A stretch of DNA of 64,000 bases from Christensenellaceae bacterium. GTDB lineage: Bacteria; Bacillota; Clostridia; Christensenellales; CAG-138. The translations under genes and the position numbers were made by a program. Under the pieces are notes generated by a model. The model was not told the origin of the DNA, did not search any database, and saw nothing but the letters and a program-made list of their open reading frames with translations. Positions 52,468-61,416 of the stretch are shown here, piece by piece (positions within the stretch are counted from its first letter, which is position 1; every line of letters begins with the position of its first letter). The stretch spans positions 790,207 to 854,206 of the forward strand of contig OY764017.1 of the NCBI GenBank assembly GCA_963667795.1, given 5' to 3'.

Positions 52468-53861
52468 TCGATCGCACCTCCCTTGCCGCCGATTGTCATG
52501 CCGGACACGCGGATGCGCGGCTGGCCGACGTTTGTTGGAACGGAGCCGGAAAGCGAACCGCACATACCCTGCGACATCCACATTTTTGGTCCTACGCGGT
52601 CAATCAGCTTGAGCACTTCGCTGCCCTTTCCGACCAGCGTTGCGCCGCGCACAGGAGAAACGATCTTGCCGTTTTTCACCCAGTAACCTTCGGCCACGCT
52701 GAAATTAAACTCACCTGTCGGCGGGTTGACAGAGCCGCCGCCCATCTTTCGGGCAAAAAGCCCTTCTCCCATGGAAGCGATCATCTCTTCTTCATTATCC
52801 TTGCCTTCACAGATAAACGTATTCGTCATACGCGATGTTGGCGCAAACATATACCCCTGCCGTCGTGAAGACCCCGTAATCGGCATGTTCATGCGGCGCG
52901 AACCGAGTTTGTCAATCAGATATCCTTTCAGGATACCGTTTTCAATCAACACGTTGCGCTGTCCGGGCGTTCCCTCGTCGTCGATGTTGATCGAGCCCCA
53001 TTCACCGGGCATCGTACCGTCGTCCACGGCGTTTACGCAGTCCGCGGCAATCTTCGTATTTAGCTTCCCACAGAACACCGAATTGTTGCGGCCAACGCTC
53101 GTAGCTTCAAGGGAGTGTCCGCAGGCCTCGTGGAAAATGACGCCACCGAAACCGCCGTCGATCACGACCGGCAGATAACCGGCCGGACAATTCGGCGCGT
53201 GCAGCATGGTGACCGCCATATCCGCCGCAGTTTTTCCCGCTTCTGCAACGTTGATCACATCACGATACGCTTCAAACCCGCGGCAGCAACCCGGACCTTC
53301 AAAGCCGGTTTGCGCCTCCCCGTTTTTCATTGCAACCGCTCGAATAAACATGCGCGTGCGTGGACGCTCATCATATGCATAAACACCGTCCGTGGAAATG
53401 ATCGTAACGCGCTGCACGGTGTCGCCATAGCGCACGTGTATCTGTGTCACCTCGTCGGAAACACTGCTCGCGGCGAGTGCGGCTTCCCGCATGAGTTTGA
53501 CGCGGTCTGCATTTCCGATTGTGTCAAACGCGCGCTCAACCTTCGTATTGTAACGTTTTACCGCAAATGCAACCGATCCATTCGGAGCAAACTTCGCTTC
53601 TCCAAGCGCGGCCGCAGCGGCACGCGCGGTTTCCAGCAGCGCCTGTTCGCTGGTGTCAGCGGAGTAAGCATAAGCGCTCAACGTACCCTTGAGCACGCGC
53701 ACGCCAGCGCCGCAGGCGCGCGTGTAGTTGGCCGACTCAACCTTGCCATCCAGCATTTCAGCCTGGTTTGTCTCCTTGTCCTCAAGGAACAACTCGGCAT
53801 AATCCGCGCCGCTTTTCTGCGCCTCGCTCAATACGGCGCGTGCAGTTGATTCGTTTATCAA
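52464..53861 (-). CDS. tldD: TldD metalloprotease
   Basis: GVIFHEACGHSLE (HExxxH), DDEGTPG, RMTNTFI and GMCGSLSGSVPTNVGQP. Confidence 0.93.
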   Translation of the reverse strand: MINESTARAVLSEAQKSGADYAELFLEDKETNQAEMLDGKVESANYTRACGAGVRVLKGTLSAYAYSADTSEQALLETARAAAAALGEAKFAPNGSVAFAVKRYNTKVERAFDTIGNADRVKLMREAALAASSVSDEVTQIHVRYGDTVQRVTIISTDGVYAYDERPRTRMFIRAVAMKNGEAQTGFEGPGCCRGFEAYRDVINVAEAGKTAADMAVTMLHAPNCPAGYLPVVIDGGFGGVIFHEACGHSLEATSVGRNNSVFCGKLNTKIAADCVNAVDDGTMPGEWGSINIDDEGTPGQRNVLIENGILKGYLIDKLGSRRMNMPITGSSRRQGYMFAPTSRMTNTFICEGKDNEEEMIASMGEGLFARKMGGGSVNPPTGEFNFSVAEGYWVKNGKIVSPVRGATLVGKGSEVLKLIDRVGPKMWMSQGMCGSLSGSVPTNVGQPRIRVSGMTIGGKGGAIE

Positions 53862-53989
53862 AGTCGCACTCCTCCTTTTACAAACTTAACAATCTTTTCT
53901 AGAAGAAAAGTAATTCGTGAACTTGCATTGCTCTTGCAGCCGCAACTAAAGCGGTGATAATCTTTTGTAACACCATCTTCGCGGGATAC

Positions 53990-54019
53990 AAAAGCCGTTT
54001 CTTTCGGAAACGGCTTTTT
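53990..54019 (-). terminator. Terminator at the end of the opp operon
   Basis: AAAAAGCCGTTTC / GAAACGGCTTTT stem with T-run. Confidence 0.75.
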
Positions 54020-54036
54020 GCTGCGTCGTAACCTGA

Positions 54037-54312
54037 TTATTTCAGCCAAACTTTGCTGGCAAACAGTAAAAACAATCCAAACCCTATCACAAAAACAGCC
54101 ATCACCAAGAGGTATGCAGAAGCGGTTCCCCAGGAAATCGAACGTTTTTCCTTTTTGGTCAGTTCAATCTGTTCGCCTTTGCGTTTTTTTCGCCCGAAAG
54201 CATCCCGGTTCCTGCGCGCGCCGCGGCGAAACGTATACGGCATGCCATCCACGTCCATATTGGCGACGACGCGTCCATCGTCCACCCACTCGTCGCGCTT
54301 CTTCTTACCCAC
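54037..54312 (-). CDS. Small basic membrane protein of unknown function
   Basis: GTG start with SD GGGAG, motif DDGRVVANMDVDGMP, Lys/Arg-rich middle and a single C-terminal TM. Confidence 0.75.
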   Translation of the reverse strand: MGKKKRDEWVDDGRVVANMDVDGMPYTFRRGARRNRDAFGRKKRKGEQIELTKKEKRSISWGTASAYLLVMAVFVIGFGLFLLFASKVWLK

Positions 54313-54330
54313 GGTTTTCGTACACTCCCG

Positions 54331-55308
54331 TCAATCCTGATTGTATAAGTGGCAGGCGACCTTGTGTCCGGGTTCGTATTCCTTGAATACCGGCGTTTTT
54401 TTTGAGCAAATGTCCATGCACTTTGCGCAGCGTGTACGGAATTTGCAGCCGGACGGCGGGTTTGCCGGACTCGGAATGTCGCCTTTGAGTATGATACGGT
54501 TCATCTTGTAGGATGGATCCGGCATCGGCACCGCGCTAAGCAGCGCCTGCGTATACGGATGCATCGGATTATCAAAAATCTGATCCTTGTCGCCCATCTC
54601 GACCATGGAACCGAGATACATAACGCCAATGGTCTTCGATATATGCTCAACGACCGACAAATCGTGCGAAATGAACAGATACGTGTAGCCGAATTCATTT
54701 TGCAGGTCCACCATAAGGTTGATGATCTGTGCCTGAATGGAAACATCAAGCGCGCTGACCGGTTCGTCGCAAATGATGAGTTCCGGGTTGAGCGCAACCG
54801 CACGCGCGATACAAATCCTCTGCCGCTGACCGCCGGAAAACTCGTGTGGGTAGCGATAGAAATACTGAGGCTGCAGTCCACAGTCCCGCATGACCTTCAT
54901 GATGTAGTTTCGATACTGTCCTTTCGGGACGATTTTATGTTCGCGCACCGCTTCGCCGATGATCTCGCCAACCGGCATACGTGGCGAAAGACTCGAATAC
55001 GGGTCCTGGAAGATCATTTGCATCTTCGGGCGCATACGGCGGAGTTGTTCCCTTTTTACTTTGGAAAGATCGTCGCCGTTAAAAAGCACAGTTCCGCCGG
55101 TCACATCATGCAGACGCAAAATCGTCCGCCCAACTGTGGTTTTGCCGCAGCCGGACTCGCCAACGAGCCCCATCGTCGTTCCGCGTTCAATTTCAAATGA
55201 CACACCGTCGACCGCTTTTACAAAGACCTTCGCCTTGCCGAACACGGACGAATTGATTGGATAATATTTTTTAAGGTCTTTTACAACCAAAATGTTATCT
55301 TTTTCCAT
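54331..55308 (-). CDS. oppF: Oligopeptide ABC transporter ATP-binding protein
   Basis: GESGCGKTT, FQDPYSSL, FSGGQRQR, DEPVSALDVSIQAQ and the C-terminal Cys cluster. Confidence 0.95.
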   Translation of the reverse strand: MEKDNILVVKDLKKYYPINSSVFGKAKVFVKAVDGVSFEIERGTTMGLVGESGCGKTTVGRTILRLHDVTGGTVLFNGDDLSKVKREQLRRMRPKMQMIFQDPYSSLSPRMPVGEIIGEAVREHKIVPKGQYRNYIMKVMRDCGLQPQYFYRYPHEFSGGQRQRICIARAVALNPELIICDEPVSALDVSIQAQIINLMVDLQNEFGYTYLFISHDLSVVEHISKTIGVMYLGSMVEMGDKDQIFDNPMHPYTQALLSAVPMPDPSYKMNRIILKGDIPSPANPPSGCKFRTRCAKCMDICSKKTPVFKEYEPGHKVACHLYNQD

Positions 55309-55317
55309 GTTTCCTCC

Positions 55318-56529
55318 TCACGCGTTCCCAATATTTGTCAGCGACGAGAAGATTTCGGCCTTCGGGTCGTCCTCGTATAGATAGCAGGCGGCAAAATGCG
55401 TGTCGCTAAACTGAACCATAGGTGGATACTCGCCATCACAACGCTCCAGACAATGCTCGCAGCGGTTTTTGAAATAGCAGTGGTTCGGCATGTTGATCGG
55501 GTTCGGAACCTGTCCGGGAATGCTGTACAACCGCTCGACCTTTTTGTTTACACTCGGCTTGCTGCGCATCAATCCTACCGTATAAGGATGCTTCGGATTA
55601 TCGAATATCTCGTAAACGGTTCCCTTTTCAACAATCCTGCCCGCGTACATAACAACTACATAGTCCGCCATCTCGGCAATGACGCCAAGGTCGTGCGTGA
55701 TCAACATAATGCTGCCGTTGATCTTCTGCTTGATATCGCGCAGCAGGTCGAGTATCTGTGCCTGAATCGTCACGTCCAGCGCCGTCGTCGGCTCGTCCGC
55801 AATGACCAAGCCCGGGTTGCATGAGAGCGCCATTGCAATCATGACACGCTGACGCATACCACCGGAGAGTTCATGCGGATAATTGGCGTATACCTTGTCA
55901 CTCATTGCGATGCCGACCAAATCGAGCATTTTGAGCGAATGCGCTTTTGCTTTCTCCGCCGTCATGTCCGGTTCATGGAGCAGGATGACTTCATCCATCT
56001 GTTCACCGATGGTAAACACCGGGTTCAGGCTCGTCATCGGCTCTTGGAAGATCATGGAAATTTCACGTCCACGGATATGCAGCATCTCGGAACGTGGCAT
56101 CTTTTCAATGTTATAGCATCTCCCGTCGCTTGACGCGAAACGGATTTCGCCTTCAACAATCTGTCCCTGCGGAGATTGCACGAGTTGCATAAGCGAGAGA
56201 CTCGTGACTGATTTGCCGCAGCCGGACTCTCCAACAACACCGACGGTCTTTCCGCGCGGCACATCGAAACTCACGCCGTTCACGGCTTTCACCGTGCCGA
56301 TATCGGTATAGAAAAACGTATGCAGGTTATCGAACTCCACGACGTTATTAGGGTTTTTCATCGTGGCAGCATACTCGGAAGGTTCAACGTTTTTACGGTT
56401 CATCTTCCTTTCGTAATCGCGCATGATCTTCGCGTTGTCGCGCTCGATTTGGCGCTCTTCTTTCACGGTCAGATAAACTACGTCGTCTACGCCTTTTATT
56501 TGCTTCTTTTTAAATAGTTTCTTTGCCAT
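55318..56529 (-). CDS. oppD: Oligopeptide ABC transporter ATP-binding protein with N-terminal extension
   Basis: GESGCGKSVT, FQEPMTSLNP, LSGGMRQR and DEPTTALDVTIQAQ. Confidence 0.95.
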   Translation of the reverse strand: MAKKLFKKKQIKGVDDVVYLTVKEERQIERDNAKIMRDYERKMNRKNVEPSEYAATMKNPNNVVEFDNLHTFFYTDIGTVKAVNGVSFDVPRGKTVGVVGESGCGKSVTSLSLMQLVQSPQGQIVEGEIRFASSDGRCYNIEKMPRSEMLHIRGREISMIFQEPMTSLNPVFTIGEQMDEVILLHEPDMTAEKAKAHSLKMLDLVGIAMSDKVYANYPHELSGGMRQRVMIAMALSCNPGLVIADEPTTALDVTIQAQILDLLRDIKQKINGSIMLITHDLGVIAEMADYVVVMYAGRIVEKGTVYEIFDNPKHPYTVGLMRSKPSVNKKVERLYSIPGQVPNPINMPNHCYFKNRCEHCLERCDGEYPPMVQFSDTHFAACYLYEDDPKAEIFSSLTNIGNA

Positions 56530-56535
56530 CGTCCG

Positions 56536-57633
56536 TCACCTCTTCATTCTCGGGTCAAACGCGTCCCTGAGACCATCGCCGATAAAGCTGAATCCCAGCA
56601 CCGTTATGATGATGAGGACACCGGCCGGCACCCACATGTTTGGATAGTTCGCCAGAATCTCCTGTCCTTTAGACGGGTCCGCCAACGCGATCATTGAGCC
56701 CCAAGCGGCACGCGGGAACGGAACACCGAGACCGAGGTAGGACAGCGTGGACTCATAAAGGATGATACCACCCAAGCCGAGCGTCATCGAAACGATAAGC
56801 TGCGGCATAACATTTGGAATCAAATGTTTGAATATCTTCTTTCTTGCGGGAATGCCGGTCGTTTCAGCCGCCATCATGTACTCCTGCTCACGCAACATCA
56901 AAATCTGGCCGCGCACAAGCCGCGCCGTACCGGACCAGCCGATCAGCGTTAGACAGCCCATGAGGTAATAGATGCGGTGTTCTGCCGGAATCGCCTCGAT
57001 CGACGCAATCGTCGCCGACAGGATCAGCAGGATCGGCAGGCCGGGCAGGCAGAAGAAAATATCGACGATACGCATGATCAACTGATCGACCCACTTGCCG
57101 AAGTAGCCGGCAACACCACCGAAAAGAACGCCCATCGCCGTTTCAAGGAAGATGACGAGGAAGGAAATCGTCAGTGAAATCCTGCCGCCGTACATCAAAC
57201 GTACAAAGATATCAAACCCGCTCGTATCCGTGCCAAGCCAATGGTCCCAGGACAGCGGAGCCTTGAAGTAAATATGAGACTGAGATTCGTCGTAATAATT
57301 ATATGTTTTTCCGTCGGCAGCATCGAACTCCGCGGTGGTCACCATACTGGAGATACGCTCTACCTTAAAGACCTGTGTTTCGCCGTAGTTCCACGTCGCA
57401 TTCACGACAAGCGGGCCAAAAAACGAAAACACAAATACGAAGATGATCATTGTAAGGCCAACGACCGACAGTTTGCTGCGGAAAAACCGCTTTGCAACCA
57501 TGCGCCACGGCGACATAACATGGAAGTTTTCGTCCTGAATGATCTCCGCGCCGGATACGTCCGTATATTTGGAACCCTGACTCTTCTTGTCCGTGCGGGG
57601 GCTCGTGCCGCTTTCTTTGCGATTTTCTTTCAT
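56536..57633 (-). CDS. oppC: Oligopeptide ABC transporter permease
   Basis: HWLGTD..GFDIFVRLMYGGRISL, EYMMAAETTG and HLIPN. Confidence 0.95.
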   Translation of the reverse strand: MKENRKESGTSPRTDKKSQGSKYTDVSGAEIIQDENFHVMSPWRMVAKRFFRSKLSVVGLTMIIFVFVFSFFGPLVVNATWNYGETQVFKVERISSMVTTAEFDAADGKTYNYYDESQSHIYFKAPLSWDHWLGTDTSGFDIFVRLMYGGRISLTISFLVIFLETAMGVLFGGVAGYFGKWVDQLIMRIVDIFFCLPGLPILLILSATIASIEAIPAEHRIYYLMGCLTLIGWSGTARLVRGQILMLREQEYMMAAETTGIPARKKIFKHLIPNVMPQLIVSMTLGLGGIILYESTLSYLGLGVPFPRAAWGSMIALADPSKGQEILANYPNMWVPAGVLIIITVLGFSFIGDGLRDAFDPRMKR

Positions 57634-57649
57634 ATTACACGCACCTCCC

Positions 57650-58648
57650 TTATTTCAGTTTTACGCGCGGATCAACGACCATATACATCAGGTCGGAAAT
57701 CAGCATGCCTACGACCGTTAGGATCGCAAGAAACATATTGTATCCCATGATGAATGGGATATCGCCCTGCATCGTTGCGCGCAGCGCGATATAGCCGATG
57801 CCGGGTACCGCAAACACCGTCTCCGTGATCATTGCGCCGCCGAATAGACCGGGCAGTGCGCCGCTCAGCGTCGTGACCAGCGGGATCAACGTGTTTCGGA
57901 ACGCATGTTTATAAACCACCGTATGCTCGGTCAAGCCTTTTGCCCGCGCAGTACGGATATAGTCCGAATTCATAACTTCAAGCATATTCGTCCTCGTAAA
58001 GCGCATGAGTCCGCCTACGCCCAGTAAAACAAGGACCGTAATTGGTAAGACCAAATGCCAGGCCTTATCTAAGAAAATTTCTAAATGTGCATCCGCTGCA
58101 AAAATTTTCGTCGCGGTCGTCAGCCCCTGCAGGGGGAACCACCCGAGTTGAATGCAGAAGACGTTCATAAGTAAGGCCGCAAGGAAGAACGACGGCAGCG
58201 CCGTTCCAATCATTGCCAGTACCGATACGGTATAGTCGTATCCGCTGTACTGGTTGACCGCAGCCCGTATTCCCATCGGAATTGATATGATAATTTCCAG
58301 AATAAACGCGATAAAGGCGAGTGTGAACGACGTCCACATATACTCACTGATCACGCTCGATACCGGCTTCCCATACAGGAACGAGAACCCGAGGTCGCCG
58401 GTGAAAGCGCCGTAGAGCCACGTCGAGTAGCTCTTTATGATACCGAAGAAGCTCTTGTCGGCAAGACCGTACAGCTCCTTTAGCCGCGTAACGTCGGCCT
58501 GCGTCATCGATCCGTTTTGAACGGCGGCCGCAGTTTGCCGGTCGATATAGTCTGTCGGCATCAGCATGGACAGCATGTAAATCAGCATCGACACGCCGAG
58601 CAATATGATAACGCCTAGAATGAGTCTTTTACGAATGTATTTCCACAT
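57650..58648 (-). CDS. oppB: Oligopeptide ABC transporter permease
   Basis: GDLGFSF, DYIRTARAKGL, HAFRN and ETVFAVPGIG. Start taken as ATG 58648. Confidence 0.94.
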   Translation of the reverse strand: MWKYIRKRLILGVIILLGVSMLIYMLSMLMPTDYIDRQTAAAVQNGSMTQADVTRLKELYGLADKSFFGIIKSYSTWLYGAFTGDLGFSFLYGKPVSSVISEYMWTSFTLAFIAFILEIIISIPMGIRAAVNQYSGYDYTVSVLAMIGTALPSFFLAALLMNVFCIQLGWFPLQGLTTATKIFAADAHLEIFLDKAWHLVLPITVLVLLGVGGLMRFTRTNMLEVMNSDYIRTARAKGLTEHTVVYKHAFRNTLIPLVTTLSGALPGLFGGAMITETVFAVPGIGYIALRATMQGDIPFIMGYNMFLAILTVVGMLISDLMYMVVDPRVKLK

Positions 58649-58686
58649 AATCCAGCACCAAGCCCTTACCCAAAATTTCCGAACCA

Positions 58687-58718
58687 ACACAAGGCTTGGC
58701 TTACGCCAAGCCTTGTGT
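58687..58718. promoter_or_regulatory. Intercistronic stem-loop between oppA and oppB
   Basis: Perfect 14-bp stem ACACAAGGCTTGGC-TTAC-GCCAAGCCTTGTGT with no U-tract. Its position is typical of a 3' stabiliser for binding-protein mRNA. Confidence 0.65.
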
Positions 58719-58756
58719 GTCGAAAGTCATGTTGCAGCTATATTTCAAGATTGAAA

Positions 58757-61213
58757 CTAACCGTTGAGTTCTACGTTCCAAATGAAGGAATTCGGATCCT
58801 GGAACGGAGTTGCGTCGTCGCCGCTGAACAGGGTGTCCGCGTTGATGACGTCCTTGTTGAACACAAACATATTCTTTCTCTGATACGTCGGGATTTCGGT
58901 CGCCAGGCTGGTGGAGATTTCAAGCGCTTCGTCGTAGATCGTCTTGCGCTCTTCAACATCCAGCGTGGAACGTCCGGCAATGATCAGCTCGTTGAGCTGC
59001 TTGAGCGCGGCCATCTGGTCGTCGCTGCCGTTTGCATACAGCCAGAAGAGGCCTTTCGCGGCAGGCGAGGTCGCCTGGTTGACTTCGGGGTCGGAATACC
59101 AGACCTGGAACATATCCGGATCCTGTCCGCCAGCACCCCATGCAGCCGCCCAAACTTCGATGCCGGAGTCATAGGCAGTGCTCAGCTTGTTAAGCAGGCT
59201 CTCATCGACTTCGATGTCCATCTTCACGCCGATTGTTTCAAACACTTTCTGCGAGTTGATCAGAACGGTGCCTGCCGGATGATCGGCAGCGTCCGAAGGC
59301 AGCGTCGCCTTGATGGTGACCTGCTGTCCGGCTTTTTCGTTGCCTTCCGGATAGTACATCATGTTGGCGGCCTCATCGTAGGTGTAGCCGGCTTCGAGGA
59401 ACAGCGCTTTGGCGGTTTCGCCGGTTTCATCATACGGGAAGAGGTTTTCCGGATTTTCCGGATACGCCCACTGGATCTTCGTCATCGTGCGGTAGTTGAC
59501 CGTAGCCAGCTCGCCGTAGAAGTCGCTGATGCACAGTTCGGTGTTAAACGTGGACGAGATTGCTTTACGGACTTCCCACTCGGGGAAGAACTGCGCGTTG
59601 ATGCCGATGTAACCATAACCATCGTTATCGACCAGCGTATAGGCCAATTTGGCATAATCGCCCTGCGCGGCAGTGATGTCGTTGATGATGGTTGTGGAAG
59701 CGGACGGATCGGTGTAATGCACAACGCCCGTCAGCACGGAATCGAGTTCAGAACCGCTTGCGATTTCCTGAATACGGAGGTTCTCAATTTTCGGGGAACC
59801 CATCAGATAGCTGTCGTTGGCCGTGAAATAAACGACATTGTCCTTGTATTCATTGAACACGTATGGGCCTGCACCCAGAGGCGCATCATTCTTGGATTTA
59901 AGCAGTTCCATGAAGGACGGATCATTCAGGGCCACGCCGTATTCGTTCAATTCACCGGCAAAGCCTTCCGTATAATAATGGAACGGAGCAACTTCGATGC
60001 CCATCTTGAAGATGGCGGTCGGGTCTACGCCGTTGACGATGATCTGAACGTATTCACGCTCTACACCGTCGTCGCCGGTCATGGTGCCACTGGTGATGCC
60101 GCTGATGCTGGCAACGCCGCCTTCAACCGCACCTTCGTTGGAGATATACAGATCGCGGACATAGTCCTCAATACGTGTTTCGCCGGCCATCTCATAGTTG
60201 ATGCCGCCGTCGGAGAGGTCATAACCAAAGTTCGTAAGGATGTTCGACCAGTAATCAGCCACAGTCAAGCCTGTGGTCTCGTCATACGTGTTGCCGAAAG
60301 CATCGGTGAAGACGCCATCCGCATACGAGCCGTAGCCCCACATGCCCATGCCGTAAGCAACCGTCAGGAAATCACTCGCTTTGATCTCTTCGGCGGTCAG
60401 GTCAGGCGAGAAGTACGCCTGTACATAATCGTCAATGCCGTAGTTAAGCATAACATAGTCGACGATTTCCTGTGCAAACATTTCGCCGGCCTGATCCAGA
60501 TACGACCAGAACGCCGCCTGCTGTTCAGCAGTTGCGCCATCGGCCGCCGGATATGCCAGAGAACCGTCTTCCGCAGAGTAGATGCCCGCGGCGACGATCG
60601 CATCGGCGACGGTCAGCGTTTCAGCACTGGTCTGGAGGCGATATTCGCTCAAACCCTGGACACCCATCGAATAGAAGGTGCTGGAGCCGTCATACATCGG
60701 ATCGCAGAGGACATAAATGTTGAACAGCACGTCCTTCGCCGTTACGGGTACGCCATCACTAAAGGTGATGCCATTTTTCAGAAGGAACGTGTAGGTCGAG
60801 GTCGCCTGATCATCGCTGACTTCCTGCGTATAGGAGTATGCGAGACACGGGAACTCGACGCCGGCCTGCGGTGCGCCTTTCTTATCCAGATAGATCAGAC
60901 CAAGCTGTGTCAGGCTTTCAACGTCAAAATCATAACCTGATGTATAGAAGATCGGGCTGAACTTGCCGTCGAGCGTCTGAGAGCTGATAACCAGCGGCAT
61001 GGTCGCATTGTTACCCGTTCTCGGTGTTACCGTCGCGTCATAACGATCTGCCGGTACGTCAGGCAGAACAACCGCCGGCTCTTCTGTCGCCGTTGTCGCA
61101 GCGGGTTCATCCGTTGTCGCGGACGGTTCTGCGGTTTTGCAGCCAACCAGCGCAAGCAGCATCATTGCCGAAAGCAAGAGTGCTACGAGTTGGGCAATTC
61201 TGTTCTTTTTCAT
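58757..61213 (-). CDS. oppA: Family-5 (oligopeptide) solute-binding lipoprotein, unusually long (818 aa)
   Basis: Lipobox LALVGC, LDGKFSP, YTFLLKNGITFSDGVPVTAKDVLF, GAGPYVF and VRKAIS. Confidence 0.92.
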   Translation of the reverse strand: MKKNRIAQLVALLLSAMMLLALVGCKTAEPSATTDEPAATTATEEPAVVLPDVPADRYDATVTPRTGNNATMPLVISSQTLDGKFSPIFYTSGYDFDVESLTQLGLIYLDKKGAPQAGVEFPCLAYSYTQEVSDDQATSTYTFLLKNGITFSDGVPVTAKDVLFNIYVLCDPMYDGSSTFYSMGVQGLSEYRLQTSAETLTVADAIVAAGIYSAEDGSLAYPAADGATAEQQAAFWSYLDQAGEMFAQEIVDYVMLNYGIDDYVQAYFSPDLTAEEIKASDFLTVAYGMGMWGYGSYADGVFTDAFGNTYDETTGLTVADYWSNILTNFGYDLSDGGINYEMAGETRIEDYVRDLYISNEGAVEGGVASISGITSGTMTGDDGVEREYVQIIVNGVDPTAIFKMGIEVAPFHYYTEGFAGELNEYGVALNDPSFMELLKSKNDAPLGAGPYVFNEYKDNVVYFTANDSYLMGSPKIENLRIQEIASGSELDSVLTGVVHYTDPSASTTIINDITAAQGDYAKLAYTLVDNDGYGYIGINAQFFPEWEVRKAISSTFNTELCISDFYGELATVNYRTMTKIQWAYPENPENLFPYDETGETAKALFLEAGYTYDEAANMMYYPEGNEKAGQQVTIKATLPSDAADHPAGTVLINSQKVFETIGVKMDIEVDESLLNKLSTAYDSGIEVWAAAWGAGGQDPDMFQVWYSDPEVNQATSPAAKGLFWLYANGSDDQMAALKQLNELIIAGRSTLDVEERKTIYDEALEISTSLATEIPTYQRKNMFVFNKDVINADTLFSGDDATPFQDPNSFIWNVELNG

Positions 61214-61416
61214 TCTTATACCTCCATTTTTATATTTTGAAAATCACCGGACGGATATCCTCCTCCGGTAATTATCAAACGTAGTTGGTTCGGACGTCGC
61301 GGCTGTACGCCGCAGTTTCCACGGGTTTTAGAAAATTACCGGACAGACATTTCCCGGCAACCGTCAAGCCTTGGTTCGTTTTGGTGCCGCAGTTGTTAGC
61401 CGCAGCTTTTTATTTG

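Noticed and set aside
54037-54312. Small ORF as a RiPP precursor for TldD/PmbA
   Set aside because: It has a C-terminal TM and a basic body rather than a Ser/Cys/Gly core, there is no YcaO or other modifying enzyme nearby, and a terminator separates it from tldD.
58715-60940. 741-aa plus-strand ORF opposite oppA
   Set aside because: Fully overlaps a well-supported gene on the other strand. Strong codon bias suppresses antisense stops, and there are no family motifs.
61345-61395. SAM-I-like CCCGGCAACC...GGTGCC on the plus strand
   Set aside because: Wrong strand for the flanking genes, and it lacks the ATCxAGAG / AGAT P1 elements.
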